64,000 nt of DNA from the human T2T-CHM13v2.0 reference genome, Homo sapiens. The notes under the pieces were generated by a model, which was not told the origin of the DNA, ran no database searches, and was given only the letters and a program-made list of their open reading frames with translations. The stretch lies in NCBI RefSeq assembly GCF_009914755.1, contig NC_060927.1; one strand, 5' to 3'. Below are positions 53,910-64,000 of the stretch, in pieces (the first letter of the stretch is position 1; each line of letters opens with the position of its first letter). Both the position numbers and the translations under genes were made by a program.

Positions 53910-53972
53910 AGACCATCGAGACTAGGAAGAAACTGCATCAACTAACGAGCAAAATCACCAGCTAACATCATA

Positions 53973-57799
<3,827 letters not shown>

Positions 57800-58013
57800 A
57801 CAATGAGATCACCTGGACACATGAAGGGGAATACCACACTCTGGGGACTGTGGTGGGGTGGGGGGAGGGGGGAGGGATAGCATTGGGAGATATACCTAAG
57901 GCTAGATGACGAGTTAGTGGGTGCAGAGCACCAGCATGGCACATGTATACATATGTAACTAACCTGCACAATGTGCACATGTACCCTAAAACTTAAAGTA
58001 TAAAAAAAAAAAA

Positions 58014-58103
58014 CAATAATGTGTCAGACATGATACAAGATGATTTAAATAAAAGACCTCTTTAAATATCAAAAAATAAATAAATTAAATAAATAAATAA
58101 ATA
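58014..58103 (+). other. L1 3' transduction (57 nt) plus second A-rich tail
   Basis: Non-L1 sequence with its own AATAAA (58048-58053) lies between the L1 poly(A) and the 3' TSD. Confidence 0.85.
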
Positions 58104-60003
58104 AATAAATAGAAAACCTCCAATAAAATATTAGACATTGAACCATACCCATAATCAATGATTTCAGAGGACAGAAGCTCTCAGATGACAGATTGAAAAC
58201 CCATCTAAATCCAGATATATGTTGTTTATAAGCAATACACCTAAAACATAAAGCATGGAGAACTGAATGCCAATGAACCATACAATAGTAACGTACCAAC
58301 AAGAATTGACCAAAGAAAGCCACTGCATCTTTTAATTTTAATAATTAAAAATAACACAAAAAGCTTATTAAACACAGAGAAAAACGAAATATAACAAGCT
58401 TGTAAGCATCTAATGACACACACTCAAAATGGGTAAAGAAAATTGGCATAATTATAAGAACAAATTGACAAATCCACAGTCTTACAGTGTGATTTTTAAA
58501 CACATATTTCTCATAATAACATAGCTGAAGCATGTAAAATATTGCTAAAGATATAGCATATTGAATAATACAATTATAATGCTTCCTATGCAATGCATGT
58601 ACAAATACCCTAACACCTGCAATATAATGGCTCTTAAATTCTCCACCTTGCTGGCTGCACTCCAAACACACTGGCCTCTTTGATATTCATCAAGTACATG
58701 GGCACACGCCTGCCTCAAAGCCTTCATATGTCCATTCCCTCTACCTGGAATGCTCTCCAGTCCCCATATTCACATGGCTCATTCCTTCATTATCTTTAAA
58801 TATTTGTTAGAATATAATGAGGCTTACCCTAAGCACCTTACTCAAAATTGCTGCTCCTCATCCCCTAACTAATCTGTCTTACCCTGATCTAATTTTTCCC
58901 CACAGAACTTTTCACCTTGTAACAAATTCTGCAATTTGCTGATTATATTCCATCTCCACCCATTAGAATGTAAGCTCTACAAAGGGAAGAATATCTATCC
59001 TGTTCAGCAATGTATCTTCAGCACCTAGAACAGTTTCTGGCACCTGATAGGTGCTTAACAAACATCGGCGGGAGGGAGGAAGGAAATTTATGCAAGTTAC
59101 AAAAGGTTAGATAAAATCAAAATCTGAGTTTAGCAAGATAGATTTTAAAAATAGAGGAAAGGCACATATAAACAGTATTAGGAATGAAAAGGAGACTAAA
59201 TACAGAGTTTAAAACTTCATAAGAGAATAATGATGGTAATTTAAATATTAATATTTAGTAGGGACTTACACATGCCAGCTGCTGTTCTGCACATCTTACA
59301 TGCTTATTCATTCAGTCTTCATCCAACCATAAGTTAGTCACGATGATTGTCTCCATTTTACATATAAGAAAACTAAGACACAAGGGCACATACCCAGTGA
59401 TTCCTGGATTCAGGGTTCAAAACTATGTCCACTGTCTCCAGAACTTACACTCTTACATACATTATTCTGTTTTTGTATAGAGAATTCTATGAACATCTTG
59501 ATGGTGATATGTATAACTTGGACAAAAAACACATTTTCCAGAAAAATAGGGTAGAGAAAATCTGTACCATTACAGAAATTAAATCAGTAGTCAAAAATCT
59601 ACCAAAAAACATAAGAGCAAGGCAAATTTTAGTAGGCAAATTCTATAGAATCATCATGATGCCCAACTTATTCATACTATTTCAAAGAATAGAAAAAAGG
59701 AAAAGCTGCCAAACTCATAAAATTATTTGGTATTATATGATACTAAAATTGAACCAGGACAATAGAAGACAGAAAAAAAAAACCCATAGGCCATTCTCAC
59801 TGGTGATCACTGATGCAAATATTTTATTATAATATTGGCAAACCCAATGGAACAATTTATTTTTAAAAATCACAATCAAAAAGACTTTATTCCATAAATG
59901 CAGGGATGTTTTAGCAATAGAAAACGTTAAGTGTAACTTATTTATTGAAATTTGGTCCCAGATAATTATTTGTTGCGAGGGCTTTCCTTGTGCATTATGC
60001 AAT

Positions 60004-61960
60004 TGTTTTTCTTTCTTCCCCAGCTTTATTGAAGCACAATTGACTAACAAAAATTGTATATATTTATGGTATATATTTTGATATACATATATACTGTGAA
60101 AAGATTACCACAACCAATCTAATTAACATGTCAATCACATCACATAACTACCTTTGTGTGTGTGTGTGTGTGGCTGGGAACAGTTAAGATCTCCTCCCAG
60201 CAAATTTCTAGCATACAATACAGTAATGCTAAATATAGGCACCATAGTGTACATTAGATCTCCAGGATTTATTCATCCTGAATAACTGCAACTTTGTACC
60301 CTTTAACCCACATCTCCCCATTTCCCCCACTCCCCAGCCCATGGAAACCACCATTTTATTCTCTGTTTCTACCAGTTCAACTATTTTAGACTCCTCATTG
60401 TCTTATCTGTTTAGGCTGCTATAACAAAACACCATCAACTGGGTATTTTATAAGCAACAGAAATTTATTTCTCATAGTTCTGGAAGGCTGGGAGCTCCAA
60501 GATTAAGACCCCAGCAGATTCAGTGTCTGGTAAGAGCCCATTTCCTGGTTTCCAGATGATGATGTCTTCTTGCTGTGCCCTTTCAGGACAGTTCTTTGGG
60601 TGGTCTGGGACCAACTCAGTTCTTCCCACTTTCTTGCTTGCTGTTCTCAAGAATAACTATAGAACATGCTGGGAATGCAACATCCTGAGTTAAGAAGGAA
60701 CTGACTGGAACACCTCAGGCTCTGTTCCAGACCCTCCTAGAAACAGGATGTCCTTAAACACTTTAATGCAGTGATACTCAGGTATAAAACTCAGAGTGAG
60801 CTGCTTTCCGGGTTCTCTCAGCTGACGTGCAAGTGGACATGTGCATAAGAGACTCTATCTGTTCCAGGAAGCTTTTCTGAGCCTTGGGGAACTGGCTTTC
60901 AATGAATGCTAGGCTTCTGTTGTCCTTTGCTGCCTATTAAATAATAAATCCACTTCATGAAACTTGTTTTGTGTATGAATGCTCTGTCTCACCAGACTCG
61001 GGCAAGTAACCAGTGCACAGTAAACTTGCTTCACAGTCCTTACTTGGTGAAAGGAACTAGTTAGTGCGCTCAGTCTCTTTTATAAGGTTGAAGACATCAT
61101 GCCTTTTTACCACTAAGTACTTTAGTGAATACTTCCTAAGAACAAAGACACATTTTATGTAATGACAGTACACGTATCAAAGTCGAGAAATTTAACTCTG
61201 ATCTAATAGTATTAGCTAATCTATAGTTTATATTGTTTCATCAATTATCTCAACCATGTCCTTTATAGCTATTTCTTTTCCTGTTCAGATTCTAAGCCAA
61301 GATTCTTCATTACATCTAGTCATCTTAACCCACTTATGCCCAGTGTTCCATTATTGGAACGCTAAGCATGTGGGAGTTATTTACATCCTACTGCTCAAGG
61401 TCATCGCCAAGGTCTGATTGCAAAAAATAAAAAAATTGCAACCTCAGGGTTAACTCCCTAGTCTTTTTCAATTTGAACAGTTTTGCCTTCACGTTTGTTT
61501 GTTTGAGGTTTCCTCATAATGAGATTTAGCTTATGTGTTTTTGACAGCAATATCACAGAAATGATGTGTCCTTCTCAGTACATATATTAGGAGGTACGTG
61601 ATAGCAGTTTGTCACAATATTGGTGAAGTTTACTTTGATCACTTGGTTAAAGTGGTATCCAACAGGTCTCTCCCTTACGAAGTTACTTTTTTGTCATTAA
61701 TAAGCAATTTGTGGGGACATACTTTGTAACTAAATAGCCTGCTTCCCATCAAACTTTTGCTGTTTTCACCTCAATGATGATTTTCTAACTCCATGATTCC
61801 TTGTATACACATTAGTTGGCATCATACTGTGAAAAAAAACAGCTTGCCCTTTGACCCCATTTATTTATCAGTAGGGATTTGGTGATTCTTATTTTATTCT
61901 ATGGACTATATATTTAATGTTTGAATTGTCCTAGATTTGGCCAGAGCGAGTTCCCTCAAG
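60004..61960 (-). mobile_element. Nest of old repeats: L1MA-type 3' end (about 60004-60397), MLT1 (about 60399-61090) split by an ERV LTR (about 60582-61035), and an L1M 3' end (about 61090-61960)
   Basis: Recognisable L1 3'UTR and MLT1 (GGCTGCTATAACAAAACACCA) motifs; inner LTR has TATAAAA and AATAAA and ends ...TTCACA. Confidence 0.65.
61329..61449 (+). mobile_element. MER85 piggyBac-derived MITE
   Basis: TTAA TSDs (61325-61328, 61450-61453), 5' TIR CCCACTTATGCC, internal palindrome GTTCCATTATTGGAAC, GCTCAAGGTCATCGCCAAGG body. Confidence 0.93.
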
Positions 61961-63843
61961 CTAGTCTCTACATATAAGAGAAATTCAAATCTCAAAATAT
62001 TATTCCTCTGTCACCAATCAGACTTCCGGGATTCACTTTCCTGGTGTCAAATATTCTTTTTTCAGAAAATGCATCATGAGTTTATATTAATAATTTTAAA
62101 CATAATTAGTAAAGTAAATCTTCTGAAAAAAATCTAAATTATTTTAGAGCAATATTCTATTTTGAGATCAACTTTATTAATATGGGTATCAAGAGATAAA
62201 TTTAGATTAAAAATATTACCATTTAATGTACATGATTAATAGATATGGTTATCCAAAGTAACTTTGATAATCAATCCAGATTTTATAGAAGACAAAGTTT
62301 TCATCCGTCTCATTCAAGTTCACTTTTATACCTAAAGTTGCAAAGAGTATTCAAGTTGAAAAAAGGATATGATATCAAGAAATCTGACTGATATACACTC
62401 ATCCAGAAATAAAGAGGTTATGGAAGGCTCTTTCTACAGCTATTTCTCAACTTACATACAAATAACCACTGTCAATTGTTCACTTAAAATTCCAAACTCC
62501 AACCAATATTTCACAGAGATATTATAAATAAAAAAAGAAAATACTGCCACAGAGGACCTTGAGGATGATACCCCTTTATTTTTGTTTAAAAAAAAGCAAC
62601 AAGGGCCCAGAGAAGTGAACTGTTACAGAAACAGTGGAAAATCTAAAATTTGAATATAGTTTTCAGTATGTCAAGACAAGGGCTATTTTAATCATGTCAC
62701 TTACAATGGTGAGATTGACAAATCATTCCACAAAAGCAGCTATTTAGCCAACAATGTGGCTGAAACATTTAGCAATGAACAACAGTATTGCAGGAATCAC
62801 TCTTAAAGTAATAAAAGTTATTATGTTGAAAAGAAGTTTTTTTTAAATGATGAATTTGAGGCTAGGTTAATTAAAAGACTATTGTAAGGTCCATCAACAT
62901 TTGCTGGGATTACTAGCGGAAATTTATAGGCTCTTAAGAGGCTTGTGGCGCTGGCTCTTTAATGTGAATAATTTTACTACAACTTAGGACGTTCCTTTTC
63001 CATGACAGGTGTGGACTATCAACATGATTCAGACTTACAAGGCATAATTAAGGTTGTTTGTGGCCTCTCCATTAACTGCCAACACTTTATGGTTAACTTT
63101 CAGATTTGTAAATCTACCCTGAGAATACTACAAGAAACATTTTCTGTATTAGAGATGACGTAATATTCGAAGCTGCTAAATTTCATTTTCTTGACCTAGA
63201 GTATTTTATAATAAAATTCTATATCTTCCCCTCATTTTATTTGACAAAATCTCTTCAATTTTTTAAGGATGTCCTATTTAAAACTAAATTTAAGCAGCTG
63301 GGTTTACACGTAGAAATCATCCATGACCCTCAGTCTTCCTCCATTATTACCTGTTTGGTGTGACCAATTCCTGGATCTCCTGTGACCTGAGGCCTTTTCC
63401 TTTACTCTTTCTTATCTTCCTCCTCTAACCAGATTTGAGGCTGAAAGCAGGAGGATCAACCCTCCTGACACTATGCTCACGTTTCTCCTAGTAAAATAGG
63501 CAGCTCTACCTCAAGCAGGAAGTGTATTCTCAGATATAAATTTCAAGGATTATCTTACAGTTAACACAAAGAAGCTATCATTTAGGTGCTTTAAATCTTC
63601 ACGTGAATGGGAACAGTTTCCATATATAGTTACCACTGGATGAAATACATTTCATAAAGGCAATATAGAGAAGAGAGAGAAAATCTTTTATTCACTTTAA
63701 ATTTGAAAACACAAAATGATCCAGAAAGCTTTTTCAGCAGTTATAGGGTGTTATTTTTCAAAACCTATTAAAGTTAATTACTTTTTGAATATTAGAATTG
63801 TCCATGATAACTAATAAAATGGGTAAAGCAGCACTGTACATAC

Positions 63844-63999
63844 CCTGAGTAGCTGTTGGAGGTAGTTTGAGGGTATTGTCTAACTTCTCCCAAAGGTAAG
63901 TTGGTCGAGGAATGCCTTCCTCTGAGCTACAGAGCAGGATGACATCGCTGCCAATATCCTGGGATCCTTGGATTTGGCAGTGTGGGGCAGAAGGGGGAA
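63844..63999 (-). CDS. IGSF11: IGSF11 exon, first half of Ig C2 domain: (V)[51 protein letters not shown]
   Basis: Donor CAGG|GTATGT at 63844/63843; G+AC gives Asp with the next exon. The acceptor is cut by the window edge (64000 is probably the G of AG). Confidence 0.95.
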
Positions 64000-64000
64000 C

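Noticed and set aside
57843-57876. G-quadruplex motif
   Set aside because: Standard feature of the young L1 3'UTR.

Overview
Primate, almost certainly human, genomic DNA (Alu, L1PA2-like, MER11, MER85, MIR/L2). The right part holds the 3' half of IGSF11 (BT-IgSF/VSIG3) on the minus strand. Four coding exons (63844-63999, 43340-43462, 42392-42542, 40264-40705) join in frame through GT-AG sites and encode the C2-type Ig domain, transmembrane helix and cytoplasmic tail ending in the PDZ ligand GSLV; a ~1.9 kb 3'UTR follows. The left ~38 kb is repeat-rich intergenic DNA. The main point of interest is a full-length, retrotransposition-dead L1PA2-like element in the 20 kb intron, antisense to IGSF11. 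It keeps an intact 71-aa ORF0 whose two splice donors are phase-matched to downstream IGSF11 exons (predicted in-frame fusions), and it carries a short 3' transduction. Other observations: a near-perfect 34-bp hairpin, a MER85 piggyBac MITE, two co-oriented CTCF motifs, an in-frame internal donor in the Ig exon, and 3'UTR control elements. Repeat subfamily names and exon numbers come from memory of consensus sequences, and old-repeat boundaries are approximate.
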